In this document: positions 1 to 9,400 of the stretch, one piece after another
How the letters are laid out: each line of letters begins with the position of its first letter
How positions within the stretch are numbered: the first letter of the stretch is position 1
Assembly: GCA_945861235.1 (NCBI GenBank)
Contig: CAMATV010000001.1
Location: 1 to 33,167 of the forward strand
From: Opitutus sp. GAS368
GTDB taxonomy: Bacteria > Verrucomicrobiota > Verrucomicrobiia > Opitutales > Opitutaceae
Reading direction: 5' to 3'
Length of the DNA: 33,167 nucleotides
Position numbers and translations under genes: made by a program
The notes under the pieces: generated by a model
Told to the model about the DNA's origin: nothing
Databases searched by the model: none
Seen by the model: the letters and a program-made list of their open reading frames with translations, nothing else

Positions 1-425
1 GCGGCGATGACCTCGGCGACGTAGCGCTCTACCTCGTCGTCCTTGAGCTCGAGCCAGAACGGCAGAGCCAATTGCAACGCATCGGCCCCGGCGCGCTTGG
101 CCACGCGGATGCGGCGGATGGTCGTGCGGGTGCTGAGCGCCGTGGCGCCAATCTGCACGGGCAGGCCGGCCCGGTGGGCCTCCGCGCAGGCGATCTCGGT
201 GATTTTCTCAAAAGTAGCGTCGTCCTGCGCGTAGAATTCGCCGGTCGTGCCGCCAGTGTAAACCCCGCTCACACCGGTGCCGCCGTAGCTGGACACCTCC
301 CGGGCGAAGCGGCGGGCATCGAGTTCATCCCGATCGGTCCAGGGGACGATCAGGGCGGACCAGACGCCCTTCAGGGTCTGGCGGGTCAGCGGCGTAATCT
401 TGGCGGATTTTTTGGGGGAGCTCAT
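1..425 (-). CDS. DHDPS / N-acetylneuraminate-lyase family class I aldolase, N-terminal part (C-terminus lies beyond the left window edge)
   Basis: Own translation of the minus strand from ATG at 425-423: MSSPKKSAKITPLTRQTLKGVWSALIVPWTDRDELD...GVSGVYTGGTTGEFYAQDDATFEKITEIA...RVAKRAGADALQLALPFW. The GTTGE motif and overall layout are typical of the family. Absent from the ORF track because there is no stop inside the window. Confidence 0.8.
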   Translation of the reverse strand, partial: MSSPKKSAKITPLTRQTLKGVWSALIVPWTDRDELDARRFAREVSSYGGTGVSGVYTGGTTGEFYAQDDATFEKITEIACAEAHRAGLPVQIGATALSTRTTIRRIRVAKRAGADALQLALPFWLELKDDEVERYVAEVIA

Positions 426-468
426 GATGGTGGGAAGCCGGGTTGGGTGGCGGGCAAGGGCAAGGTGG

Positions 469-1299
469 TTAGGCTGTCGCGAAGCCGGCGGAAGGCAGGC
501 GGTCGAGGTGGAAGAACTTCACGGCGTTCTCGCGCAGGATGAGGCGCTTGGCCGCGTCCGTTAGTTCCGCCGTATCGATGCGCGTACGATGCATCGCCAC
601 GTCATAAAGCGGGCTGTCGCTGCCGAAGAGCACGCGTTCTGCGCCGAGTTCCCGGACACCCCACTCGATCAGGCCGGGTAGGATGCTGCGCGCGCTCGAG
701 GTGTCCACCCAGAGGTTGCCATGCTTCGCGGCTTGCGCGGCCCGCACCTGCAGGTCGACGCGGCCGTTGGCCCCGGAGCCGTTGCCCAGGTGCGCCAGCA
801 ACACGCGCGCACCGGGATGCCGATTGGCAAAAGGCACAAAGTCCTCCGGCAGGCTGTTGGGGCAACCACTGTGGGTCATGACCGGGGCACCGAGTTCCTC
901 GAAAAAAGAGAAGAGCTCCTCGCCGTGGTCCGCGATTCGGTAGGCGTGCTCCTCAGGATGGATCTTGATGCCGACACACCACAGGGACTTCAGCATCGTC
1001 CTCGCCTGATTATAGGTTTTCGGCTGCAGGGGATTCACGATCACATACTGCAGCAAACCGGGCACCGTCGGCACCTCGCGGAACGCCGCGTCGTTGGCCG
1101 GCGCCACGTCAACCGTCCGCCCGCGCGGCAGCAGCCCCGCCAGCGGCGACGCGATGGTCCATTGAATGCCGCAGGCCTTGGCCCGTCGGGTGACCAGCGC
1201 ACCCTCGCCGCTGGAGAATTCTGAGATCAACGGATCCGTATGCACGTAACGCCCGAAGTGGGCGTGGCTGTCGATGGCAAGAATATCGCTGGTGGTCAT
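469..1299 (-). CDS. Amidohydrolase-2 (PF04909-like) metal-dependent hydrolase
   Basis: Track ORF 469..1422. I prefer the internal ATG at 1299 (MTTSDILAIDSHAHFGRY...), which places the DSHAH metal motif near the N-terminus. FGSDSPLYD near the C-terminus matches the GSDxP signature of the family. It ends 43 nt upstream of the aldolase start, so the two are probably co-transcribed. Confidence 0.8.
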   Translation of the reverse strand: MTTSDILAIDSHAHFGRYVHTDPLISEFSSGEGALVTRRAKACGIQWTIASPLAGLLPRGRTVDVAPANDAAFREVPTVPGLLQYVIVNPLQPKTYNQARTMLKSLWCVGIKIHPEEHAYRIADHGEELFSFFEELGAPVMTHSGCPNSLPEDFVPFANRHPGARVLLAHLGNGSGANGRVDLQVRAAQAAKHGNLWVDTSSARSILPGLIEWGVRELGAERVLFGSDSPLYDVAMHRTRIDTAELTDAAKRLILRENAVKFFHLDRLPSAGFATA

Positions 1300-1428
1300 G
1301 CTGAACGGCTCGGAGTTAAACGGAAATAGCGTCGAGTGAAGCAGCGGGTAAAAAAGGTCTCGGGAGCGCCAATTAATTTGTTTACTCGCGTATACATCTG
1401 TATTAAATTTTAATCCGGTCAAGCGCGA

Positions 1429-1454
1429 CTTCGCTTATGTGCTTCGCTTATGTG
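1429..1454. repeat. Perfect tandem duplication, 2 x 13 bp (CTTCGCTTATGTG), in a divergent promoter region
   Basis: Read directly: cttcgcttatgtg at 1429-1441 and again at 1442-1454, 38 nt upstream of the 1492 start codon. An AT-rich dyad ATTAAA-T-TTTAAT lies at 1402-1414. Confidence 0.9.
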
Positions 1455-1491
1455 ACACAAGTCTTCCGCGGCCCGCTCGAACATTCCTGTC

Positions 1492-2613
1492 ATGGTCATC
1501 GACAGCCACATTTACTGCTTCACCGCGCCGGATACACCGGCGGGACACGCTTCCGGAGCGGAACATCTGGCGCACTGGCAGCGCCAATATGCCCAGCACC
1601 ACCAGCCGGCATTCCGCGTCCGGGACCGGGCACCGGGCGATGCCCACCGTTTGCTCGACCCCGCGCCCGGCGATCTTCTTCGGCTGGCGCGCGACTGCCA
1701 TTTCCGGGTCGACCGCACCTGCAACCGCCTGGTCTGGACGATCGACGGCGAGGATTACACGAAACAGCAGCTGCCGCCCAACGTGATTGAATTCAGCGCC
1801 GGCGCGATGGTCGCCGAGATGGACCACGCCGGGGTTGATGTCGGCCTGATCCAGGCCGATGCCACCCTGACCAAGGACGTCGCTTACCTCGCCCGGTGTG
1901 TCGCGGCTTTTCCGGACCGGTTGCGCGCGATGGCTCCCGTGGACGAGGCGCTGATCCCCGGGCAAACGGACCGGGCAATCGCCCAGACGGTGGCCGCAAT
2001 CCGGGAGCACCGGTTGCACGCGCTGAAGATCATACCCGCCTACGCCTACCAGCAGACCAGCTCGCAGAGTTTTCTCGATCCCGCGTGGCGGCCGTTCTGG
2101 GAGGTGGTGGTGGCCCTGGATGTGCCGGTGTTTTTCACGCTCGGTTCGCGACCGGGGGCCGCGGACCCGCGCCAAGGTTTCATCGACGAGGTATGGGAAT
2201 TGCGCCGGTTGATGGACCGCCACCCCACCCTTCGGGCCAGCGTGACGCACGGCTACCCGTGGCGCGCATTTCTCAACGGCGAACGGCTGTCCGTGCCGGC
2301 GAGCGCCTGGGCCCCGTTCCGGGACACGAGCCTGATGCTCGAAGTGGGCTTCCCGTTCCGCCTCGGCGACGTGTTTGAATATCCCTATGCCGAATGCCGT
2401 CCCGTCCTAGAGGCCATGGTCGGCCAGATCGGCCCCGACCGTTTGCTCTGGGGATCCGACATGCCGTTTCAAAACCGCTTCTGCACCTACAGGCAGTCCC
2501 GCGACTACCTCGAGAAATACAGCGCCTCGTTCCTCTCCGCGCCGAACCTCGCGAAGATCGTGGGTGGCAATGCGGCGCGCCTTCTCCGGTTGGACCCCGG
2601 CATCCCGGCCTGA
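1492..2613 (+). CDS. Amidohydrolase-2 family hydrolase (lactonase/decarboxylase-type TIM barrel)
   Basis: 373-aa ORF starting MVIDSHIY, with LLWGSDMPF near the C-terminus (family GSDxP signature). Divergent from the 469..1299 gene across an AT-rich 192-bp spacer. Confidence 0.75.
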   Translation: MVIDSHIYCFTAPDTPAGHASGAEHLAHWQRQYAQHHQPAFRVRDRAPGDAHRLLDPAPGDLLRLARDCHFRVDRTCNRLVWTIDGEDYTKQQLPPNVIEFSAGAMVAEMDHAGVDVGLIQADATLTKDVAYLARCVAAFPDRLRAMAPVDEALIPGQTDRAIAQTVAAIREHRLHALKIIPAYAYQQTSSQSFLDPAWRPFWEVVVALDVPVFFTLGSRPGAADPRQGFIDEVWELRRLMDRHPTLRASVTHGYPWRAFLNGERLSVPASAWAPFRDTSLMLEVGFPFRLGDVFEYPYAECRPVLEAMVGQIGPDRLLWGSDMPFQNRFCTYRQSRDYLEKYSASFLSAPNLAKIVGGNAARLLRLDPGIPA

Positions 2614-2642
2614 TTCCCTCCCGGCTGCTGCCCACGATCCTC

Positions 2643-2948
2643 ATGCCCGCTCCCACCGCCCGCCGCACCTTCCTGAAAGCCACGCTCGCCACCGGCCTCT
2701 GCGGCCTCGTGCGCGCCCCTGCCCCGGCAGCTTCTAGCGCCGGCGTGCCGGGCGGCGACTGGGTCGAGGCCGTGCGGGCCGAACTGCCAGGCATGAAACA
2801 CAGCCGCGGCTACTTCCAGACCCGGGCCTTCGGCCTGTCACCCCAGCGGGTGATGGACCGCACCAAGGAACTCATAACTCGTCCTCGCCACCTCATGTGT
2901 GTCTCTCGCACTAAATGCTACCAAAAATCCAACGATACATCCCCTTAA
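2643..2948 (+). pseudogene. 5' fragment of a Tat-exported class-V-aminotransferase-like gene (about 80 meaningful codons, then unrelated low-GC sequence and a stop)
   Basis: ATG at 2643 gives MPAPTARRTFLKATLATGLCGLVRAPAPAA (twin-arginine signal). It continues GDWVEAVRAELPGMKHSRGYFQTRAFGLSPQRVMDRTKELI, which resembles the N-termini of class V aminotransferases. After about 2875 the reading frame enters low-GC sequence and stops at 2948. That is far too short for the family. Confidence 0.45.
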
Positions 2949-3028
2949 CTTAGCGCCATTCCGGCCAGATCCCTGCATGGAGGCTTTTTTATGACCCTAT
3001 TCATTTCTTTCGCTGCGATCGGTTTCCC

Positions 3029-4666
3029 TTATTGAAACTGAAACGCAAATAACTTGGCCGCACGCATCTTGATGCGCAGTCGCACCCCCTGTCCAGCGAG
3101 AGCCGAAACATCAGATTTGCCGCCATTCCATGAGACCAGCATCCGCACACTGTTGCCGTTTATTTCGTCCGCTTCGGCCAAGGTGAAGCCGCGGATGGGT
3201 TCACCCGACTCGCGGAGCAACTCTACCTTCGCCACGCCGCCCGCACCGGTGTTCAGGTTCAGTTCCAGCCGCGACCCGGCGAAGACAAACGGGGGAGTAA
3301 TCAGCACGCCACCCTCGTAATCAGCTTCCGCCGCGACGAAACCGTCCAGCCGCAGCACGGCGCGCGATAGCGAGGTTTCTTTTCGTGCTGCCTTTGCGTC
3401 CAAGCGCCCCGCGTGGTCACAATTAGTCCCTGTGTAGTAGATCCACAACTCATCGCCCATGCGCACTGGCCGCAGCGTTGGGTAGAGCCATTTAGAATCC
3501 CAAGCACCATCCATTCCGGTCGTTAAAAACGCCCGCCGCGGACCTGGCCGCGTGAAGTGACGCGCATCACGGCTTACCGCAAGTTGAATGTCGCCGGTGC
3601 TGGGAAACGTATCCACTCCCGATCCACGCCAGTGATGAAACACGGGGATTAAGGCGAGGTAGATGCCTTCATAGGGAAACACGCCGGGCCCATAAAAATC
3701 GAGCGGCGCCGCCGGCGTCAGTACCTGGTCCTCGCCCACCACCCCAGCGGTTCTCAATTCGCGCAACGGCATCACGTCCTCGCCGCGCACCGTTAATTTT
3801 GTGGGATCCAGGACCATAGCCGGGGCTGCAGCGGCGTCTCGTTCATCAGGTTCCAAGGAGAAGTGCATAGCGGTCCAATTCAGCATATCGTCAGACTCGT
3901 TGTAGCTAGCCAGACGCACCCCAAAGCCCTTCTTCTCACGCAACCACTCCCGCGAGTATCCCACGTAACGAAGGACACGCGGATCCCAGAACCACGACGG
4001 CTGCGTGTCCGACGCGCGGAGTCCCGTTACGGCGCGCTCCTCGTGTGTCCAATGCAAACCATCAGGCGACTTCCATAGGCGATGCGGCCCGCGGATCGGG
4101 CTCCCCGGCTTGTGGTACATCTTGCTCCAACTCTTGTAACGCGCGTCCGGCGCAGCGTTAGGATTGTCGTCGCGCCAGACGGAGCCACCGCCGATCGAGA
4201 GCCAATCCGGCCGAGGGGGCAGCACCAGATTGTTTTCCTTGGTCCCGTTACGTTCCACCAAGCCAAGCGGCTTTTTCTGAAAGTGAATGCCATCAGTGGA
4301 TTCAGCGTACGCTAAGCCCATAAAGGGCGGGTTCTGGCCCGGCTCGGGGGTGCCCGCCCTGACATCATACCACAGTCGGATCTTTTCACCTTCTTGTACC
4401 ACAGTGGAGTAGCTACCGAGGTGAGCGTCCCGCTCCCACGGCGCGTCCATAGCTAGAAGCTTCTCACGCGGCTGCATGGGCGGCTGCATAGTCAAGGTGA
4501 TGCCTTCAGCGGACTCGATAAACTTGTGGTCTATGAACAGCTGTTTGCGCTTGCCGATTTCCATCACGCCATCGGCTGCGTACGCAGAAAATTCTGAGCA
4601 GAGCCCCAGCCCTAGCAGGCAAAGAGATAATTTGTTCATTAAAATCTTGATGGAAATCATGGTCAT
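3029..4666 (-). CDS. Secreted five-bladed beta-propeller glycoside-hydrolase-like protein with C-terminal beta-sandwich (GH32/43/130-like superfamily; family unassigned)
   Basis: Track ORF 3029..4693 (GTG). In-frame ATGs at 4666, 4660 and 4639; 4639 gives the signal peptide MNKLSLCLLGLGLCSEFSAYA. Motifs: KQLFIDHKFIE, APWE, YAESTDGIHFQKKP, AVSRDARHF, LRLDGFVAAEA, and a C-terminal LRIKMRAAKLFAFQFQ. Paralog of 4763..6247. Confidence 0.7.
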   Translation of the reverse strand: MTMISIKILMNKLSLCLLGLGLCSEFSAYAADGVMEIGKRKQLFIDHKFIESAEGITLTMQPPMQPREKLLAMDAPWERDAHLGSYSTVVQEGEKIRLWYDVRAGTPEPGQNPPFMGLAYAESTDGIHFQKKPLGLVERNGTKENNLVLPPRPDWLSIGGGSVWRDDNPNAAPDARYKSWSKMYHKPGSPIRGPHRLWKSPDGLHWTHEERAVTGLRASDTQPSWFWDPRVLRYVGYSREWLREKKGFGVRLASYNESDDMLNWTAMHFSLEPDERDAAAAPAMVLDPTKLTVRGEDVMPLRELRTAGVVGEDQVLTPAAPLDFYGPGVFPYEGIYLALIPVFHHWRGSGVDTFPSTGDIQLAVSRDARHFTRPGPRRAFLTTGMDGAWDSKWLYPTLRPVRMGDELWIYYTGTNCDHAGRLDAKAARKETSLSRAVLRLDGFVAAEADYEGGVLITPPFVFAGSRLELNLNTGAGGVAKVELLRESGEPIRGFTLAEADEINGNSVRMLVSWNGGKSDVSALAGQGVRLRIKMRAAKLFAFQFQ

Positions 4667-4762
4667 CTTTCGACGGCGATCCAACAGCCGCACGGTCTTA
4701 TTTGGGGAAATGAGTGTTGAAAGTCGGTTAAACTAGCGATCTCAGCCCGACGAAAATGGTTT

Positions 4763-6247
4763 TTATAGCCCGATCTGAAACGAGTATAAACCGGCCTTCT
4801 TCATATAAAATCTTAAGTAGACGGCCTTGCCCTTCAGCGCGCTCAAATCGGATTTACCCTTCCAGGTCACAGTGTGCGCTGTGTTGTCTGTCTTTATTCG
4901 GTCGCAGTCTTCCAGCGTAAAGCCCGGGACGGCTTTTTCCGTCATTGTCTCTTTCGTTTGGTAGTCTGGCGCTTCAATGATGGCGACGCGGATCCCGTCC
5001 GTCTCCTTTTGATATGGCGCCGGCTGTGAGCTCACATTCAAAACCAGCTTGCTGCCTTCCAGGATGAACTGCCGCGTCAGCAGGTAACCCGTCTGTTCGC
5101 CCGCCCATTGCCCAACGAAGCGATCCCGCCGCATGCGAGCTACGCCCACCGAGGTCTCCTTGTACAATTCCTGCTGGCCCGCGGGCGACGCATAGTAGTA
5201 AAGCAGTGACTCATCTCCAATCTCGACCGGCGTCGCCGTGCCCATCGCCACCTGTCCCCCGTCAAAACTCCCCGGCGCCCCGCGCGGAATGAACGGTTGC
5301 CGGTCCCAAGTGCGTTCCCAGTGGATGCCGTCCCGGCTAGTGGCGAGGTAGACCTGAGTCTCGCTAGAACCTTTCTCCTGTGTCATCTGGGTGTACAGGG
5401 CAAAGAAGACGCCGTGACGGCGAAATACCAGCGCACTATCGTAGTCCGGTTCGTCGCGCTCATCCGGGTAGAGGATGGTTCGTGGAGCGCTCCATGTGCT
5501 GAGGTCGGGACTGGTGCTCAGCGCCAGACGCCGTGCAGTGTGACGGCGTCCTTCGGGCAACTCGTTGACGCCGTTTGGGCGAATCGACGGGCGCACGTAC
5601 AGATGCCAGAGATTCAACTCTGGCACGCGGACCAGATGGTTGGGAAAGTCGCTGTGGTAAGAGAGCAGGGGCTCCTTAAGTATATCCCAGCGCAATCCGT
5701 CGGCCGAGTAGGCTAGGCGCACGCCGCTGCCCAAGAACAGCATCACAAAGCGGCGCGTGGGGTCCGACTGGTCTGGATTTATAAAAACCTGCCCTGCATT
5801 GGCGCGCTTGCCGCCCGGCCCCGTGTTGATGATGTTAGTGCGCTCGTATCCTCCGGAGGGAAATCCTTCCAGTGCCGGCTTGGTCCAGTTGAAGCCATCG
5901 TCGCTTTCTGCATAGCCGATGGTATACGACGGCCCCTGACGAGAGAAGTAGTTGGTCAGGTAAAAATTGTCGTAGTACATGCGGAACTTGCGTAACTGAT
6001 CGTCATAAACGACGCATGGGAAGCCGACGGCTCCCTCCCAAGGCTTGTCCTGTACCACGACTGGATTTCGAGCGTGCTTGATAACATTGCCCAACTTTCT
6101 GGTGAGTTTCCATCGGTCCTCGATGACGTAGTCGTCCACCAGCAGTTGAACTTGATTGCCGATTCGCAGCGGTTCGCCACGGAAATACACGGGAGTCTGC
6201 GCCATGATGCAGACCGGAAGTAAGAGGATCCAAAGAAATTTATGCAT
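4763..6247 (-). CDS. Secreted five-bladed beta-propeller glycoside-hydrolase-like protein with C-terminal beta-sandwich (paralog of 3029..4666)
   Basis: ATG at 6247; signal peptide MHKFLWILLLPVCIMAQ. Motifs: QLLVDDYVIED, KPWEG, YAESDDGFNWTKP, ATSRDGIHWER, MRRDRFVGQWA, and a C-terminal YLRFYMKKAGLYSFQIGL. Same motif order as the neighbouring gene. Confidence 0.7.
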   Translation of the reverse strand: MHKFLWILLLPVCIMAQTPVYFRGEPLRIGNQVQLLVDDYVIEDRWKLTRKLGNVIKHARNPVVVQDKPWEGAVGFPCVVYDDQLRKFRMYYDNFYLTNYFSRQGPSYTIGYAESDDGFNWTKPALEGFPSGGYERTNIINTGPGGKRANAGQVFINPDQSDPTRRFVMLFLGSGVRLAYSADGLRWDILKEPLLSYHSDFPNHLVRVPELNLWHLYVRPSIRPNGVNELPEGRRHTARRLALSTSPDLSTWSAPRTILYPDERDEPDYDSALVFRRHGVFFALYTQMTQEKGSSETQVYLATSRDGIHWERTWDRQPFIPRGAPGSFDGGQVAMGTATPVEIGDESLLYYYASPAGQQELYKETSVGVARMRRDRFVGQWAGEQTGYLLTRQFILEGSKLVLNVSSQPAPYQKETDGIRVAIIEAPDYQTKETMTEKAVPGFTLEDCDRIKTDNTAHTVTWKGKSDLSALKGKAVYLRFYMKKAGLYSFQIGL

Positions 6248-6333
6248 GCGGTTATTGAGTCGATACTGGATCAGGATGGGGTAGCGACTTGGGCTGCGAT
6301 AACTTAGTTTCTGCGAGCGTTACTGAAAGGGGA

Positions 6334-6369
6334 CTGGATTTTCAAGGGGGGCGAGTCCGGGAGGGGTTT
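6334..6369 (-). repeat. Repeat module M2, copy F (variant), between the transducer stop and the first GH-like gene
   Basis: ctggattttcaaggggggcgagtccgggaggggttt compared with the consensus CTGGATTTTCAGGGGGATCGGATCCGGGAGGGGTTTAA. Same length, 5 substitutions. Confidence 0.85.
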
Positions 6370-6424
6370 GTAAAGAGGCGCCCTGTGACAGACACGATTT
6401 TACCCACAAGCGACTGCCCTATCT

Positions 6425-9400
6425 TCAGAACTCTCCCTTGATCCCCACGGTCAGCGATATGCCAGAATCAATCATCCGGTCCAACCTGGCATGGCTGGGC
6501 GTGTTCTTGCTCCGATCGTAGATCAGGACCCTATCCTTATACCCGCCGGCGAGCAGATCGCTGATCTGCCCATAGATAGATAGCTTTTTTGTAACCTGAT
6601 ACTCGCCGGAGATGGTGTCGCGGTCAATAGCACCCTGATAGGTGGATCTCCCGACATCTGCCGTAGCCGTGCGCCGTGTCTCGCCCTGCTGGGCCATAGT
6701 AAATTTCAGGATGTACCGCGGCCGGACAAGGCTTACCCCCCAGCTCATCATCTTCGGGTTGAATTGGGCGAAGTCAGAGGTGGTAGATCCGCTCAACGAG
6801 TTCTTCGTGTAGTTGAAAAACACCTGCACTCCGCTTGCCCAGGAGTGAAGGAAGGCGAGGTCCTGCTTGTAGGAGAATTCGAATCCCTTGACTCTCGCAT
6901 CTCCGCCATTGCCCCGGGTCACGATGTCATAGTTCAGATACGATTCGCCGGACGGCACCCCGTAAAGGGACAGCAGCTCCTGAGTGGCTGCCGTGCGGAC
7001 CACGGTGAAAAAGTCCTTAATGTCTTTCTGGAACACGGAAACGGTGCCGAAGCCTCCCTTGAGGAAATACGATTCCAGTGAAAGATCGTAGTTGTTGGCC
7101 GTCCATGGCTTCAACCCGGTGTTGACCACCGTGACGGTCCCTTGCGACGTGGCGCCTGCATCGGAGATCGTAATGCCAGGAATGACCAATCCCAGGTCGG
7201 GCCGACCGATGGTGCTGGCAAAACCGAATCGCGCCAGCAGCCGCTCAGAGATCTCGTACGTGGCATTCAGGCTCGGGAAGAGGCCATCGTAGCTGCGCTC
7301 TGTCCGAGCTTCCCGCTCCCTGAGGACCAGCTTTTCCGCCTGCAATGGATTTGTGGTAATCGGCACGGGTTTGCCCGTCCCGTCTAGGACCAGCTTGCCG
7401 GACCCGTCCCGTACGTATTTCGCGTTGGGATCATTCAGCGGCCCCATGCCATCGTCTGCCGTCTTTTCGAACCGCACGCCGCCGACCAGGAATAGCCGGT
7501 TTCCCAGCAACTTCACATCGCCCCGAAAATATCCGGCGGTAATTGTTTCTGTCAGTTCCTTGGAATTGTTCACCCTAGTCCGGTACGTCGTCAGGTCATT
7601 GAGCACGAAATAGCCCGGCGAGGTCATGAAAAGATCATAGACCTTGAGCGGGCTGACCCACAGCACGGGTCTGCCGCCGTTCAGTATCCCTTGGTCCAGA
7701 TGAAGAGCAGTATCCACTAGAGCATTGTTGCCGGCCAATCGATCGGCTGCTGTCCCCGTGGGCCGGAAGGCGAACGTCCTATCGTTTCTAGCACCGTCAA
7801 ACTCATCGACCAAAATTGAAGCCCCAAATTTTATAGAGAGTGGAACTCTCGCGGAGAAACTGCGCTCGAGGCCAACTCTGGCCTCGCTTCTCGATACCTC
7901 GGTCTGTTGGCTTGCTGTGGATGCACTGGTGATGGTGTAAATGTTGCCATTGTTGCCATCTACAAGTTTTCCGGCCCGGTCTGTGGTCGTAAAGGCGGAA
8001 GGAACAAGATCGTATATTTCATTACCGTATCCGATACCAGAGCCTTTGATAATGAGATCTGAAATTGAGGCGCCCAAACCAGAGAAATACGGAAAACCTT
8101 CACTTCCGAAACTGGTTCTTGAGCGAGAGTTGCTCAGTTGGCCGGCTATCTTCCATAGATCGCCGCGATGACTGTACTTAAATACCCCATGCTTAGTTTC
8201 TATATTAAATTGGTTCCAGCCGAAAGTTTGCGAAAGCGAACCCACCCCAGTGCTGGCGCCCTGGGTGGAGGTTCGATCACCCGTGGCCCCGGCACCATAG
8301 TTGGTGTTGAGCGTGGACACCCCATCCGCGCTGCCCCTCCTGCGATATGATAGGCTGGCGCTGAATTCATTCCTGTCGTCCGGCTTCCATTCCACGCCCA
8401 CCCGTCCGTCCCTTGTTGCTTGCACCCCGGGGGAAGTCCGCACCCCATTCGAGGTTTGAATCAGGAGGTTCTCGTCCCATCGTGGGTAAGCTACGGTGTT
8501 GTCACTATAATTCAGAATGTTCGCCGCGGAGAGCGAGATTGCCAGCTTTTTGCCGATGGGGTGCATGTAAGCCACATCAAATGACGGCATAATCCGCCTG
8601 ATGGTAGAAACGTGCGACGAGGGAGTTCCCACATCGACCTCCTGCAGGGTCAACGGAAGATCGGTCCGAAGCAAACTATACACCGTGTAGGTAAAGAGTG
8701 GCCGCGTCCTTTCAAACCCGCTCTTGGTGATGATATTGATGCTGCTGCCCATACCGCTGGCCGGTAGGTCGGGCGTAGGCACCTTGTTCACCTCGACCCG
8801 CGAGACATTGGACATGGGGAGTGCAGCGGCCCTCGCTACCCTGCCAGGGCCAGTCAGGCCGGATGATACCAATGGAGCGCCATCCATCAACAATTCTGTC
8901 GTGTACGCCGGCATTCCCCTGACGGCGATACTGGAGGCCACGTTGCCAGAATAGACGATCGACATGCCCGGGATGAACTTTAGCAAATCCCCCACGTTGC
9001 CCTGACCGTTGTAATTGTACTCATCGAGGGCCACGACGTTCTTGATGTTTGCAGCGTTGCGCTGCTCATTCAGGGCGAGCGTCTGCGCGTTCATCTCGCG
9101 ACTCTCGATGACCGTCATCTCGCTCATGACTACGGGATCTCCCGCTCTGGCGAGTTCGAAATCACGCGTGGTGGTTTCCCCCGGTCTTACAATTGCAACC
9201 TCGATTTTCGCTTCCAGTCCGACATACGCCGCCCGAATCCGCACTTCACCGGCGGGCGCACCCGGCAGCCGGTAAGCGCCATTCACGTCGGTCGTGGTCA
9301 CTAGGGTGGAGCCAAGGATGGTGATGCGAGCGTTGCTAAGGTAGGACCCGGTGACCGAATTCAGGACTCGGCCTTCGATGGTTGAGCTAGTTTGGGCATC

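Noticed and set aside
1435-2250. 271-aa minus-strand ORF
   Set aside because: It is antisense to the amidohydrolase gene 1492..2613, which carries the family GSDxP signature. The antisense product is Arg/Gly/Pro-rich with no motifs.
2985-2991. T-run (cttttttatg) after the truncated aminotransferase-like ORF, as a possible terminator
   Set aside because: I could not build a stem of more than 3-4 bp immediately upstream of it.
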